The notes: generated by a model not told the origin, from the letters alone. A DNA stretch of 63,990 nt, filler included, from Octopus bimaculoides (GCF_001194135.2; 6 parts of 5 records of this genome joined end to end with filler, not necessarily neighbours in it); one strand, 5' to 3'. Positions 48,681-61,832 are shown, counted from the first letter of the whole stretch. A program made the numbers and translations.

Positions 48681-48809
48681 AAAATACAAATAGATGTTGG
48701 TGAGGTCTATTCCTTAAAGATCCAGTTCAATCCATGTTATAAAGAGGATTTATTCACCCGAGTTATTGAACAAAACCTCACCATCAGCTATGATGAACAT
48801 CCTCACATT
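48681..48809 (+). CDS. HYDIN: HYDIN exon (KIQIDVGEVYSLKIQFNPCYKEDLFTRVIEQNLTISYDEHPHI)
   Basis: TTTTGTTTTTCCAG acceptor and ATT|GTAAGC donor; FxPxY and YxEHPxI motifs. Confidence 0.95.
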
Positions 48810-49499
48810 GTAAGCAATTTAGTATCAACCATTTTTAAGAAAATTAAATTACTATGAGAAAGTAAAACAACAATGAAGGTGCACAGGGCCGGATGAAGAC
48901 CCATAGAGGCCCTAAGCAATTACAAGGTTTTGGTGCCCTCAACTATAGGCAAATGGGTCAAAATGTAAGCAAAAATAATTTAACATGTTAAACAATAACA
49001 AGAGCACTCGGAGAGTGCAAACCTCCACCGAGGAAGCACCAACATCCTCTCAACGATTAGCCAGAGATGATTTTTAGAATGAGAATATCTGAAATAAACT
49101 TGACTGCTGGTGATGCTGATGGTGGTAGTGGTAGTGATGGTGATGGTGGTAGTGGTGATGGTGGTGGTAGTGATGATGATTGTAGCCATGGTGGTGGCTG
49201 TGATGATGATGGTAACCATGGTGGTGGTGCTGATGGCGGTGGTAGTGATGATGGTGGTGGTAATAGTGGTGGTGGTGAGTGGTGATGATGATGATAGTAG
49301 TGGTGATGGTGATGATGGTGGTGATATGATAGTGGTGATGATGATGGTGGTGGTATTGGTGGTGATGGTGGTGTTGATGATGAGGATGTAAAACAGCAAG
49401 AATCGAAATGATGTATAATATTCATTCATAGCATGTTCAGCAGATTTGAATTGAAATATGCTAATTGCTGTTGTATTCCACCTTCGGTGACAGAATTTC

Positions 49500-49830
49500 T
49501 CCTTTCAGGTGATGTGTGTTGACAACACATTCAATTAAATGACATAAGGAGACACTGAGGCACCAGTGTTTCAACATCATTGTGTCTCTTCAGTCAAAAT
49601 CGCCCTGACATAAAACCCAGATAATCAAAATGATATGCACATTCATTCTTGATGTGTTCTGCTAGATTTGTACATTAATACACTAATGGCTGTTGTATTT
49701 CATCTTCAGAGAATAATTTCTTCCTTCTGAGGATGTGTCACCACTGAATAATCTGTTGTTGACATTCATCATCTGAAAAGAGAATTTGTTCTTTGAAGAT
49801 GAAATATGACAGGGATACTCGTGTTTGAAT
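49500..49830 (+). mobile_element. highly decayed Penelope-like (GIY-YIG 3' end / pLTR) remnant
   Basis: Fragments HIQLNDIRRH*GTSVS and ENNFFLLRMCHH resemble the C-terminus of Penelope GIY-YIG proteins as recalled. They are followed by a hammerhead-like remnant CTGAAAA-GAGAA tttg TTCTT at 49773-49800. Confidence 0.35.
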
Positions 49831-50035
49831 GGGGTGGAATGCGCTAAAAAGAATGAGTGTCTATGTGAAGGTATGGATGGGGATGGATGGGTTGATGGGG
49901 AGTATTGATAGGGGCAGTGATGGTCTGGGCATTATTGGGTGGCTATTGGTAGGAGTATTGATGAGAGAATTGACAGCGGGTATTTATTGTTATTCCAACA
50001 ACTCCTTAAACCAGAAGTGTTTATTTGTTGATTAA

Positions 50036-50258
50036 CCCTTTTGTTACCATATTTCTGTTGAGATGTTCTGTGTTTCTTTCAATTAATTTTAAATATAACA
50101 AAGAATTTAGTAAAATAACATAGTTATCATTAAGCTAGTGTTAGGAACATTGATTGTTACTAAGGTTTTGGTTAAAGATTTTAATTGAGATCTTTTGAAA
50201 ACAAGACATTTGTACTACAGAACCAGAGGTGGTTTCAGCTGGGTTGGTATCAAAAGGG
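50036..50258. mobile_element. piggyBac-like MITE, second family, with TTAA target-site duplication
   Basis: TTAA|CCCTTTTGTTACC ... GGTATCAAAAGGG|TTAA; 13-bp TIR with 1 mismatch. Confidence 0.9.
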
Positions 50259-50367
50259 TTAAAGTACATTGATTTTCTATTGTGACAGAGTACAACGATT
50301 ATCTCTATTAAAAGAGTACATAGTTTATTTTCTCTTCTGATTAATGGAATTGTATTTTTTTTTCTAG

Positions 50368-50706
50368 GATTATATCACTTTACATGGAGAAGTTTACTTT
50401 CCCAACCTCACTTTTGAACAAACAGAAGTCGACTTTGGCTGCATCATGAACAACAGCTCTGAAACAAAGATAATAAATATTATGAATAAAAGCCCATTGG
50501 TTGTGAGATACCAGTGGACAATGTTCACATTGGAGTTAACCAAGAAAGTGGTGAATCACGATATGATTAAGAATCCTGACTCCACAGCTTCAAATAATGG
50601 TACAGAGTCAAAGTCAAAAATGTCGACAGTTGCTATGGAAGACTTGGAAATTTACAAGGACTTTGACTCCGAATTGTTTACTAGTGTTGATATCAGCTCA
50701 ACTATA
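50368..50706 (+). CDS. HYDIN: HYDIN exon (DYITLHGEVYFPNLTFEQTEVDFGCIMNNSSETKIINIMNKSPLVVRYQW...VDISSTI)
   Basis: TTTTTTTTTCTAG acceptor; GEVxxPNLxF, DFGCIxN and NxSPLVVxxxW motifs. The donor ATA|GTATGT at 50707 is the best candidate but less certain. Confidence 0.93.
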
Positions 50707-50774
50707 GTATGTTATTCTTCCTCTGTTTACAATGTGTTGAATTTTGTTCCTTTCTCCTTTTGAAATATATAGAT

Positions 50775-50970
50775 CAGTGGTTTTCAACCACTTTAATATC
50801 TGGGTTAGACTCAAAGCCTGGGTTGTTTTAGGGGTCTGCACCAAAAGATGTAAAACAGAAGTCAATTAAAGTAAAATTTATTAAATTTATAGAGGGAAGA
50901 CTGTCGGGGGCCACTGGACGGATGCTTGAGGACTGCATGCGTCCCTGGGAGCTACGATTGAGAACTGCTG
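50775..50970. mobile_element. hAT-like MITE
   Basis: CAGTGGTTTTCAACC / GATTGAGAACTGCTG ends; flanks ATATAGAT and ATATAGGC. Confidence 0.7.
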
Positions 50971-51329
50971 ATATAGGCCCAGGCGTGGCTGTGCTGTAAA
51001 GGCACACGCACGGGTGTGCAATTGCTTCCCAACTATGTGACCTTGGGTTCAGTCCTACTGTGCGCTCCCTTTGGTGAGTGTCTTCTATGATAACCCATCA
51101 ACTGACCAAAGCCTTGTGAGTGGATTTGGTAGATGGAAGCAAGAAAGAGGCTCATCATACACACTAATATCAAACAGTGAGAATGAGTGCTCAACACCAC
51201 TTTGGTAGATTAATATTCTTTATTTGTGGAGTTACAAGGCTACCAATCGTTTCATGTAGAGAAATCTCTCAACAATTATCAAGTCTGCCACATGGGAACG
51301 TTGATACTTGCATCCATTTTTGGCTGATA

Positions 51330-51645
51330 TAGAGGCATCAAGCTGTTAGATCAGGTTATGAAAGTTACAGAGAGGGTCATAGCCCAACTAATTAGGGAGC
51401 GAATCAATTTAGATGAGATGCAGTTTGGGTTCGTGCCAGGTAAAAGCACTACTGATGACTTATTTCTAGTAAGACAGCTGCAGGAGAAATACCTAGCCAA
51501 GGATAAACCTCTGTACCTGGCTTTCGTTGACATGGAGAAAGCCTTTGACAAGGTCCCCCGATCCCTTATCTGGTGGTCAATGAGGAAACTTGGGATAGAA
51601 GAATGGTTAGTGAGAGCTGTGCGAGCCATGTACAGAGATGCTGCC
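51330..51645 (+). mobile_element. RTE-clade LINE reverse-transcriptase fragment, cut by a scaffold join
   Basis: YRGIKLLDQVMKVTERVI...MQFGFVPGKSTTD..FLVRQLQEKY....LYLAFVDMEKAFDKVPR..IWWSMRKLG is an intact frame of RT domains 1-3. Confidence 0.95.
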
Positions 51646-51745
51646 NNNNNNNNNNNNNNNNNNNNNNNNNNNNNNNNNNNNNNNNNNNNTTAATTAATTA
51701 ANNNNNNNNNNNNNNNNNNNNNNNNNNNNNNNNNNNNNNNNNNNN
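51646..51745. other. artificial scaffold-join spacer
   Basis: 44 N + TTAATTAATTAA + 44 N. Confidence 0.95.
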
Positions 51746-51815
<70 letters not shown>

Positions 51816-51851
51816 CTAAATGATTAATACGTAATATAGAATGTACTGGAC

Positions 51852-51892
51852 AACGATCGTTTCGACGTGATTTCGCACTGCTCCTTAGTGGA
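51852..51892 (-). ncRNA. degenerate type I hammerhead-like motif (third family)
   Basis: Reverse strand reads CCA-CTAAGGA-GCAGTG cgaaat CACGTC-GAAA-C GATC G-T-T; AACGATCGTT is a perfect 10-bp palindrome. G5 is mutated and stem I is lost. Confidence 0.35.
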
Positions 51893-52511
51893 TGGGGAAC
51901 TATGTAATGGAATCAAATGAACCCCTTATTTCAGAAGAGACCTCTTCAGGCCACATAAAGCAGATGGGTGTTATACGACGTACCGATCTAATCGACTGGC
52001 CCCCTCCCCGAAATTTTCGGACCTTGTGCCTAGAGTAGAAAAGAAAAGAATATCCAACCAATATTCTAACTGACATGTATAGTTGCATCTCACTGCAACT
52101 TCAAGGAAACATTCGTACAAGGTAGCAGAATAGTCACCTATGAGTTAAAATGGAATTCGGTCTTCTAAAATAGGGGCAAATCAAAGCAGAACAAGTTTAT
52201 TTACATGAGTTAATTAACACCCAAGGCACATATTATCCTTTCTCAAGGACCTCTTCGAACTTTAAAATGCTCTTCGAGATAAAACTATTGAATGCATTCA
52301 ATTTTTCCACGTATCGCACGCTTGGTACTTTATCATGATCAGGAACTGCAGATAAATTCTAATTAAGAATTTGCAATTATAAATCGTTAAGGAAATACGA
52401 AACCTTAATGAGGCGAAAAGATATCAGCCTTTTAAACTCTTAGTTGACCTTGAAATCCACACTACATAAGTGTATACGTGACTGCTTGTGTGTGTCTACG
52501 TGTGTGTGTCT

Positions 52512-52553
<42 letters not shown>

Positions 52554-53270
52554 TGCATTATACAATACAGCAGGAGTAGGAAAAGATTTATTATTTGGCC
52601 TAAGACCCACGATGATATATAATTGTAAGCACTGGCGTAGCGAAGAACTTCCTGTCCACATTAAGTAAGCATTTTCCAACCAAAATTATAAGTCTGCGTN
52701 NNNNNNNNNNNNNNNNNNNNNNNNNNNNNNNNNNNNNNNNNNNNNNNNNNNNNNNNNNNNNNNNNNNNNNNNNNNNNNNNNNNNNNNNNNNNNNNNNNNN
52801 NNNNNNNNNNNNNNNNNNNNNNNNNNNNNNNNNNNNNNNNNNNNNNNNNNNNNNNNNNNNNNNNNNNNNNNNNNNNNNNNNNNNNNNNNNNNNNNNNNNN
52901 NNNNNNNNNNNNNNNNNNNNNNNNNNNNNNNNNNNNNNNNNNNNNNNNNNNNNNNNNNNNNNNNNNNNNNNNNNNNNNNNNNNNNNNNNNNNNNNNNNNN
53001 NNNNNNNNNNNNNNNNNNNNNNNNNNNNNNNNNNNNNNNNNNNNNNNNNNNNNNNNNNNNNNNNNNNNNNNNNNNNNNNNNNNNNNNNNNNNNNNNNNNN
53101 NNNNNNNNNNNNNNNNNNNNNNNNNNNNNNNNNNNNNNNNNNNNNNNNNNNNNNNNNNNNNNNNNNNNNNNNNNNNNNNNNNNNNNNNNNNNNNNNNNNN
53201 NNNNNNNNNNNNNNNNNNNNNNNNNNNNNNNNNNNNNNNNNNNNNNNNNNNNNNNNNNNNNNNNNNNNNN

Positions 53271-53314
<44 letters not shown>

Positions 53315-53353
53315 TATGTTTATATATGTAAGTGTGTATATATATATACACAC

Positions 53354-53384
<31 letters not shown>

Positions 53385-53534
53385 CATACATACATGTATG
53401 TATGTATGTATGTTTATATATACATGTGCGTATATGTGTATACGTGTGTCTCTATCATGCTCCTCAATCTCTCTACCTCTGTACCTCTCCACCTCTCATA
53501 CCCTTACCTCACGTGCACACTGTCATGTATACAA

Positions 53535-53566
<32 letters not shown>

Positions 53567-55733
53567 ACACACACACACACACACAAACGCACATAGCCTT
53601 GTTTATCTAATTAGTTTATCAAACCAGCCAGATTAATTAACAGTAACACTTCCCTTCCTTAAACAGGATATGGTAACAACATTATAGTTCAGCTGCCGCG
53701 TCTTGTACGCAAATATTATTTTGCCGTAAAACATTTGAAGCCGTTGTTGTGTTTAACTGTTTTCNNNNNNNNNNNNNNNNNNNNNNNNNNNNNNNNNNNN
53801 NNNNNNNNNNNNNNNNNNNNNNNNNNNNNNNNNNNNNNNNNNNNNNNNNNNNNNNNNNNNNNNNNNNNNNNNNNNNNNNNNNNNNNNNNNNNNNNNNNNN
53901 NNNNNNNNNNNNNNNNNNNNNNNNNNNNNNNNNNNNNNNNNNNNNNNNNNNNNNNNNNNNNNNNNNNNNNNNNNNNNNNNNNNNNNNNNNNNNNNNNNNN
54001 NNNNNNNNNNNNNNNNNNNNNNNNNNNNNNNNNNNNNNNNNNNNNNNNNNNNNNNNNNNNNNNNNNNNNNNNNNNNNNNNNNNNNNNNNNNNNNNNNNNN
54101 NNNNNNNNNNNNNNNNNNNNNNNNNNNNNNNNNNNNNNNNNNNNNNNNNNNNNNNNNNNNNNNNNNNNNNNNNNNNNNNNNNNNNNNNNNNNNNNNNNNN
54201 NNNNNNNNNNNNNNNNNNNNNNNNNNNNNNNNNNNNNNNNNNNNNNNNNNNNNNNNNNNNNNNNNNNNNNNNNNNNNNNNNNNNNNNNNNNNNNNNNNNN
54301 NNNNNNNNNNNNNNNNNNNNNNNNNNNNNNNNNNNNNNNNNNNNNNNNNNNNNNNNNNNNNNNNNNNNNNNNNNNNNNNNNNNNNNNNNNNNNNNNNNNN
54401 NNNNNNNNNNNNNNNNNNNNNNNNNNNNNNNNNNNNNNNNNNNNNNNNNNNNNNNNNNNNNNNNNNNNNNNNNNNNNNNNNNNNNNNNNNNNNNNNNNNN
54501 NNNNNNNNNNNNNNNNNNNNNNNNNNNNNNNNNNNNNNNNNNNNNNNNTGATAGTTCTAAGCGATCATGGCATTGGTAGTTTTCATGCGGTTTTTGTTTT
54601 ATTTTTGTTTATTTTTGTTTTTCTCAGAGTGGGTACAGTTATGACATTGATTGTGTTGCTAGAGATAGCCGTAATAGTGGTGAGAGAGAGTAGTGGTGGG
54701 AGCGGGGCTGGAGGTTATGGTTTTACTCGTCGTTATTTGCTGTTATTTTAAGTCTTTGGGTCGATCCTGATCGAGAAACAACAATGGATCCTGCCAATGG
54801 AATGTACGAAAACAATCAACGAATTACCAAATGAATCGACGACAACCGTAGATAATGCTTTAATAAAACAACCAATGATCTTAGATAGAAGCCGGCTCTT
54901 TCTCTATTAGCAAGAAATCTCGAAGTAAAACTGAATAATGACATACATACATACATACATACATACATACATACATACATACATACATACATACATAGAC
55001 AGATAGGCAGAGAGATACATAACAAACTTTGGCTTCAACAGTTTCCATCTATCAAATACCTCACAATGCATTGGCTATACCGAAGCTATGAAAAAAGATA
55101 TTTGCCCAAGGTGCCACGCAGTGGAAGTGGACACCAAACAATGTGATTGTGATGTAAAATTCTTAATATTTCATCCGGTTTAATACCACAAGCTGACATC
55201 TTGGGTACCTTCAGCAGACCTATTCTGACGCAAACATATGGATCAGGTCTGTACTCTGAGTATAATACCATTCCACCCTCCCTCCCACCTTCCCTTCCAC
55301 CATTCTTCAAGACAGTGCCATAGATTATCGGTATTGTTTTATCTCCTGATTAAAAGATTAAGGTAAACAAAAACGCAGCCATATTTAGTCCTAGATAACC
55401 TCTCTGGATAGATTTATGACTGGGAGATGTTCCAATCTTGACCGTCCCACATGTCTTAAAATACAGTTGAACTACCTTGTCCGGATCGATCTCACTTCGT
55501 TTATCGAATTATATCAGGGTGCAGTGTGGAGGTGATTTGACTGCTATTTTTGGTAAGCAGTTCGACCACATGCAGGCTCTTATGTTTGATCGGTGGAATC
55601 GATATTTTTGACATTTGTTATATCAGAACAGGTCTACTCGTTTCCATTTAGCACCAATTTCCATACCACACGCGCGTGCAACGCATGTGTGTATGCTTAC
55701 ATGTGTGTGTGGTGGGGTGACTGAAAGAGAGAC

Positions 55734-55768
<35 letters not shown>

Positions 55769-55979
55769 AAGAAAGAGAGAGATTATTCACGTGCTAACAT
55801 GCGCACATAGTAAGTCTTTTCCCTTTTCTCCCCTTCGTTTGTATTTGTAAGCATGTAAGGTTACCATAACAACTTTGGGAATATGTTAGCAAGTTCTTGG
55901 CAACACATTTTATATGAGTACGATTCTGAACAACACACATTCACATGCATACGAAAACAATCTGTCTGTGTATATATAC

Positions 55980-56010
<31 letters not shown>

Positions 56011-56081
56011 CACATATATATATATATACAAATATATATATATATATACAAATATATATATATATACAAATATATATATAT

Positions 56082-56181
56082 NNNNNNNNNNNNNNNNNNN
56101 NNNNNNNNNNNNNNNNNNNNNNNNNTTAATTAATTAANNNNNNNNNNNNNNNNNNNNNNNNNNNNNNNNNNNNNNNNNNNN
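56082..56181. other. artificial scaffold-join spacer
   Basis: 44 N + TTAATTAATTAA + 44 N. Confidence 0.95.
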
Positions 56182-56217
<36 letters not shown>

Positions 56218-57926
56218 TAAGTAAGATTCAGTTGAATTAGGTACTTAAATTGAGGCACTTAGTTAGGTCGGAACGATATACACACACAACAATATTATGT
56301 AAATACCAAACTTGGTACATAAGTACAGGCCGAATGATATTCTTGTGGTGTATGTAGACAATTAGACCCAGTTGAGTGAAGAAATCCGCTCTTGGGCTAT
56401 TCAGACATTTACATTATATTAAACATGCAATCCATAATATTTACGAAGGGCAGATTCCGAGATACTTGAATGAAATATGAGTAACAAAGTGGTACAAGTG
56501 TCATTCCAGTACGACCGTTTCTAATGAATTCTTTCATTGATTAATGAAAACATTATAACATTGTGAAGAAACCGTTTTCGTCAGATGAATTCATGAACTT
56601 CACAATATAGGACATTCAGAATGATTTAACAAAGTTTAAAATCCACTGAGCAAAAACATTTACAGCGATTCTACTACTATTTCAGTTGGCAGAATGGATT
56701 TACCAGAATACTGTATATTTGATGAGAACAGAGAAATATAGAGATTAGTAGAGTTTTTAGGAGGAGGAGGAATAATTGACTCCAGTGACCCAATTATCTC
56801 TACTTCTAACAAGAGGGGATGGCACGGCTCCATTAGTCTAGTTTTATCTATTAAGAGGTTGTTTGATGTCTATTGGCCCTCCCGAGTGGTTAAGGTGACC
56901 CGGATCCATGGTACTTGGGATGTTGTAACCACTTTGCTCTGATACACCCATTGAACGAAGTTTAAATTATATCTTGTAAAATTTACTTTCATTCCTCCTT
57001 GACCAGAAATGGTTGTAACTTAACAGAGAGTCTTCACAGAAAAAGCCCTGTTCATGAAGGTATTTCGGCCCTGAACTCCTTATATTCAATAGGAGCCAGT
57101 ATGCATCAAGGTCATGGCTCCTGAATGCCCTTCTGCTGCCACATTATATGCCTCTGTCAGCATTCCAGCCTGCATTGTCCTCGGTAGTCATGGTACTCCA
57201 GAGCCGAGATACCTCGGACCTGAGGTGACAACTTACATCCAAGACACCGGGTGAGAAAAGGATAAATTATGCTAAGATGTGTAAAACACTGCTCAAAAAT
57301 TTAATGACAGAAATTTTATTGTGGTCGTGGTTGTTGTCTAATTCTGGGCTTAGGTTATCCCTAATCAAAAGATAATTTCTATAAAAGTTAATCAGACCGT
57401 GGTTGTCTTTCCTTTTCCGAATTACTTATGACAGTGTATCAACATCTGCATTATCTTCTGTGTCGCTTTCCACCGAGCAGTGCTTAATTTGGTGGGATAG
57501 CGAAGGGGAAAGATATGGCTGCTACCTTTAACATGTTGACGCACCGCATACAAGGTTCCCTATCAGTAAAAGGGACCAGCTACAGAAAAATGTGTATGTG
57601 CCTGTCTGTGTACCTGGGTGCATACATGTGTGTATGTGTGTGTGTGTATGTATATTCGTATGCATATAACTACGAGTAATAAGTATGGTTATAAGTATAT
57701 TGGCATGTATTTGTATTAACATACATATATATATATATGTGCCTGTGTATGCACACACATATTTATGCATACACACATACACACGCACACATATATATAT
57801 ACTCAATGTATCTTATACTGTGAAGTCTACAGCCCTCTGCATCACTGTTGCAAAACAGAATATATTGGCATATGTTTCAGAATGATATTACACCCACACA
57901 TCCGCGCACACAAGACCAGGATATAT

Positions 57927-58009
<83 letters not shown>

Positions 58010-58984
58010 AGTGTATGTTTTGCATGTAAATTGTGGTATGTTCTCGATTAAAAACTGAGAGAGCACTTAGACGAATTCTCTAGGGAAGCTAATAACACCA
58101 GTCCTATAAGAACCAAATATATATATATGCCTTATGTATGTATGTATCTTTAATCCTTTATCTTTTACATGTTTCAGTCATTAGAATGCGGCCAAGCTGG
58201 AGCACCGCCTTGAAAAATTTGTAGTCGAATGAATCGCCCCCTCCCCCCGCATGTCATATTAAGCCTAGTACTTATTCTTTCGATCTGTTTTGCCGAACCG
58301 CTAGATTACAGGAACGTAATAACACCAACACCAGTTATCAAACGGTATGAGGAGGGACAAATACTCACACACACACACACACACACATATAAAACATATG
58401 GTATAATTATAAACAGGGCAAATTTTAGCCATTTCTCCGCAGACTGAAAAAAACGATGAACAACCTTAATCGATTTTCGAACCTTATTGGTTTCTCATCA
58501 GAGGCGTCAACATCATTCTGACAGTCTCCAGAGAAGCAAGCAGTCAAACTGTTTATGCATACGACGGGCTTCTTACAATTTCCGTCTACCAAATTCATTC
58601 ACAAAACCCGAGGCTACAGAAGAAGACACTTGTCCAAGGTGCTACACAATGGGACCGAACCTGGAACCTTCTGCGTTTCTTTTGGTCTTCTTCGTCAGCT
58701 TAAAAAAAAAAAAGAAAGAGAAACTGACAAACGGTCTTGTTCTCAACTTGAAAACTGGCAAAATAAATTGATGTTTGGACCAGGAAACCCGGGTAGCTTT
58801 ATTTAACAGGACTTGTAGTTTTTATTACAGCATAACCTATATATTTAGTAAAGACTATTTGTTAACATAATGCGGCAGTCCTGGTTAGGACGAATGCTAC
58901 TGTTATTTAGCCCCAGGAAACATTATCTCCAGCTGACTGTACGACACGCTATCTGTGTCCTTATATTTTTGAACAGGGGAGATA

Positions 58985-59022
<38 letters not shown>

Positions 59023-59122
59023 NNNNNNNNNNNNNNNNNNNNNNNNNNNNNNNNNNNNNNNNNNNNTTAATTAATTAANNNNNNNNNNNNNNNNNNNNNN
59101 NNNNNNNNNNNNNNNNNNNNNN
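59023..59122. other. artificial scaffold-join spacer
   Basis: 44 N + TTAATTAATTAA + 44 N. Confidence 0.95.
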
Positions 59123-59142
59123 TATCATGTACATTGTTTTGT

Positions 59143-59432
59143 CTTGGTATAAAAGATGGGCTACAGCAAATATTCTGCTCAATGCCACAGGTTTGCTTGT
59201 CAGTTGTTTGACCTTAACCAGTTGAGCATGCCCCTTGGTGGCTGACGATATGTGCATCTCTGATCACGAGCAGAAGTAGTGGGGGAGCATCATAGCCATG
59301 TGTTGAGAGGAATTCTTTGGGGGTTTGAATAATTCACCTTTGGAAACATTGGTATTTTGCTCAACATCCTTAAACAAACCTTATTCAGGGACCTTTTGAG
59401 TGGGATGGGCTACTCGACCTGACGAAAATTCT
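59143..59432 (+). mobile_element. dispersed ~600-bp repeat family copy
   Basis: Matches 18050-18340. Confidence 0.8.
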
Positions 59433-60102
59433 ATCAGTTTCTTAAGTAGCAGTTTGGGTGTTGTTCCAAACAAGTGCACTAATTACCACAAGAATCATTA
59501 TCGTCTTAGTCTTTCACAGTTTCTTCATCTCTCTGGCTAGGTCCTAATATTTCTCAAATTTTAAAAATTTCTTTGGTATCTACTCTATTACCAAATAGTG
59601 TTGATTTTACACGATGTATTTTGTCCTCTCTGACCACTTCTTCTTCTTTTTCTTCTTCTTCTTCTTCTTCTTCTTCTTCTTCTTCTTCTTCTTCATCCTT
59701 CCTTCCTTCCTTCCTTCCTTCCTTCCTTCCTTCCTTCCTTCCTTCTTTCCTTCCTTCCTTCCTTCCTCTTTCCTTCCTTCCTTCCTCCTTTCTCCTCCTC
59801 CTTCCTTCCTCCTTCCNNNNNNNNNNNNNNNNNNNNNNNNNNNNNNNNNNNNNNNNNNNNNNNNNNNNNNNNNNNNNNNNNNNNNNNNNNNNNNNNNNNN
59901 NNNNNNNNNNNNNNNNNNNNNNNNNNNNNNNNNNNNNNNNNNNNNNNNNNNNNNNNNNNNNNNNNNNNNNNNNNNNNNNNNNNNNNNNNNNNNNNNNNNN
60001 NNNNNNNNNNNNNNNNNNNNNNNNNNNNNNNNNNNNNNNNNNNNNNNNNNNNNNNNNNNNNNNNNNNNNNNNNNNNNNNNNNNNNNNNNNNNNNNNNNNN
60101 NN

Positions 60103-60167
<65 letters not shown>

Positions 60168-61146
60168 CCATCTCATTATTTATCATCAAGTTTTCAACAG
60201 TTTTGTGCTTTTGTTGTATCACCAGGTGTGCTTCTGTGTCCTTGAGGTTTAAGTAAAATTGTCTTTTTCTGTGTGTGTTTTTCGATACACGTTGTCAAAA
60301 AAACCCCAAAAAAACAACCCAAAAACCTGGAATATTGTCTACGTTTCATACCTCGCAGAAATAATAAAATAAACGAGACACTTGTTTTTAATTCTTCTTC
60401 TCTGCTACAGATATTTTTGGACGTTTAAAACAGATATATATTTTGTTTGGCCATATTTTAACATGACTGTTTTTTTTTGTATTGGAGCAGCAGGAAGAGG
60501 TATTACTATCACAGTGGTGGGCAGTGAAGTGAGCATCGAGATAAGATAACAGAGAGCAATGTGACAAGATAAGCAAATACGGCTGTCAGACAAACAGCTT
60601 TGGAAAAGAAATATTTGAGCACAGATTAAGAAAAGGGGAGAAAACAGACAAAAATTGGAGGCTGTCATCACCATAGAAACAGACGTAAATTGAGAAGAAA
60701 AATGTTTGTTATGTATAATATTTGACTGAAACATTTACAGCGAAAATATTAAACAACAACAGCAACAGCAGCAAGACCAACAGCAGTGGTGTGCACTCCA
60801 CCACACGCACACACATATTCACACCCCTACCGGGTGAAAATTGAGTTTTTCGATGTCGATATTGAGTTCAATTTATGAAGGAGTTGTGACAGAATTGAGT
60901 GACTACAGATTTTGAGTCCTTACACAAATAACTTATTCAAGAGCAGGCTAGGAAAAAAGAAACTTAACGTGTTTCTGTTTCACAAAGGGACGGTGTCTTT
61001 TTCTAAACTCTCAGTTGATCAATTAAAAAATGCAGTGATTGGGTTGCGGACCAGCATGTTGTTTCACTGTCCAAGGCAATAAGGTAATGCTTTTGGTACA
61101 GTTTTATCATTTTATGACCCTTCTTCTCTCTCTCTCACACACACAT

Positions 61147-61335
61147 TTCACTCTCTCTCTGTCATCTCTCTCTCTGTCATCTCTCTCTCTGTCATCTCTC
61201 TCTCTGTCATTTCTCTCTCTGTCATCTCTCTCTCTGTCATCTCTCTCTCTGTCATCTCTCTCTCTCTGTCATCTCTCTCTCTGTCATCTCTCTCTCCCTG
61301 TCATCTCTCTCTCTGTCATCTCTCTCTCTCCCTTC
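61147..61335 (+). repeat. variable (CTGTCAT-(CT)n) minisatellite
   Basis: About 11 units of 15-18 bp, directly visible. Confidence 0.9.
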
Positions 61336-61668
61336 CTCTCTCTCGCTGTCTTTTTCTCAACCTTGATTTCCTTTTACTCGTAGAAGGCACCATGTCACAT
61401 TCCTGTTTCCCAAGCTACCCATCCTTTTTGTATAGACCGTTCTCACGGTCAGTTGCTATTTTCCAGTTTCTCATTTGTCTAACTTTTAAAATCATTAAAG
61501 TAAATTTTATATCTAGGTGCAGGCGTGGTTTTGTGATAAGAAGCTTGCTTTCCAACCACATAGTTTCTGGTTCAGTCCCACTGCTCGGGTAAGTGTCTTC
61601 TCCTATAGCCTCAGGCCGACTAGAGCCTTGTGAAATGATTGGTTGACGGAAACTGAAAGAAGCCCGTC

Positions 61669-61732
<64 letters not shown>

Positions 61733-61832
61733 NNNNNNNNNNNNNNNNNNNNNNNNNNNNNNNNNNNNNNNNNNNNTTAATTAATTAANNNNNNNNNNNN
61801 NNNNNNNNNNNNNNNNNNNNNNNNNNNNNNNN
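61733..61832. other. artificial scaffold-join spacer
   Basis: 44 N + TTAATTAATTAA + 44 N. Confidence 0.95.

Noticed and set aside
52571-52664. 94-nt open segment with GTAAGC donor (GVGKDLLFGLRPTMIYNCKHWRSEELPVHI)
   Set aside because: There is no pyrimidine tract, its phase-1 start is incompatible with the last HYDIN donor, and I recognise no homology.
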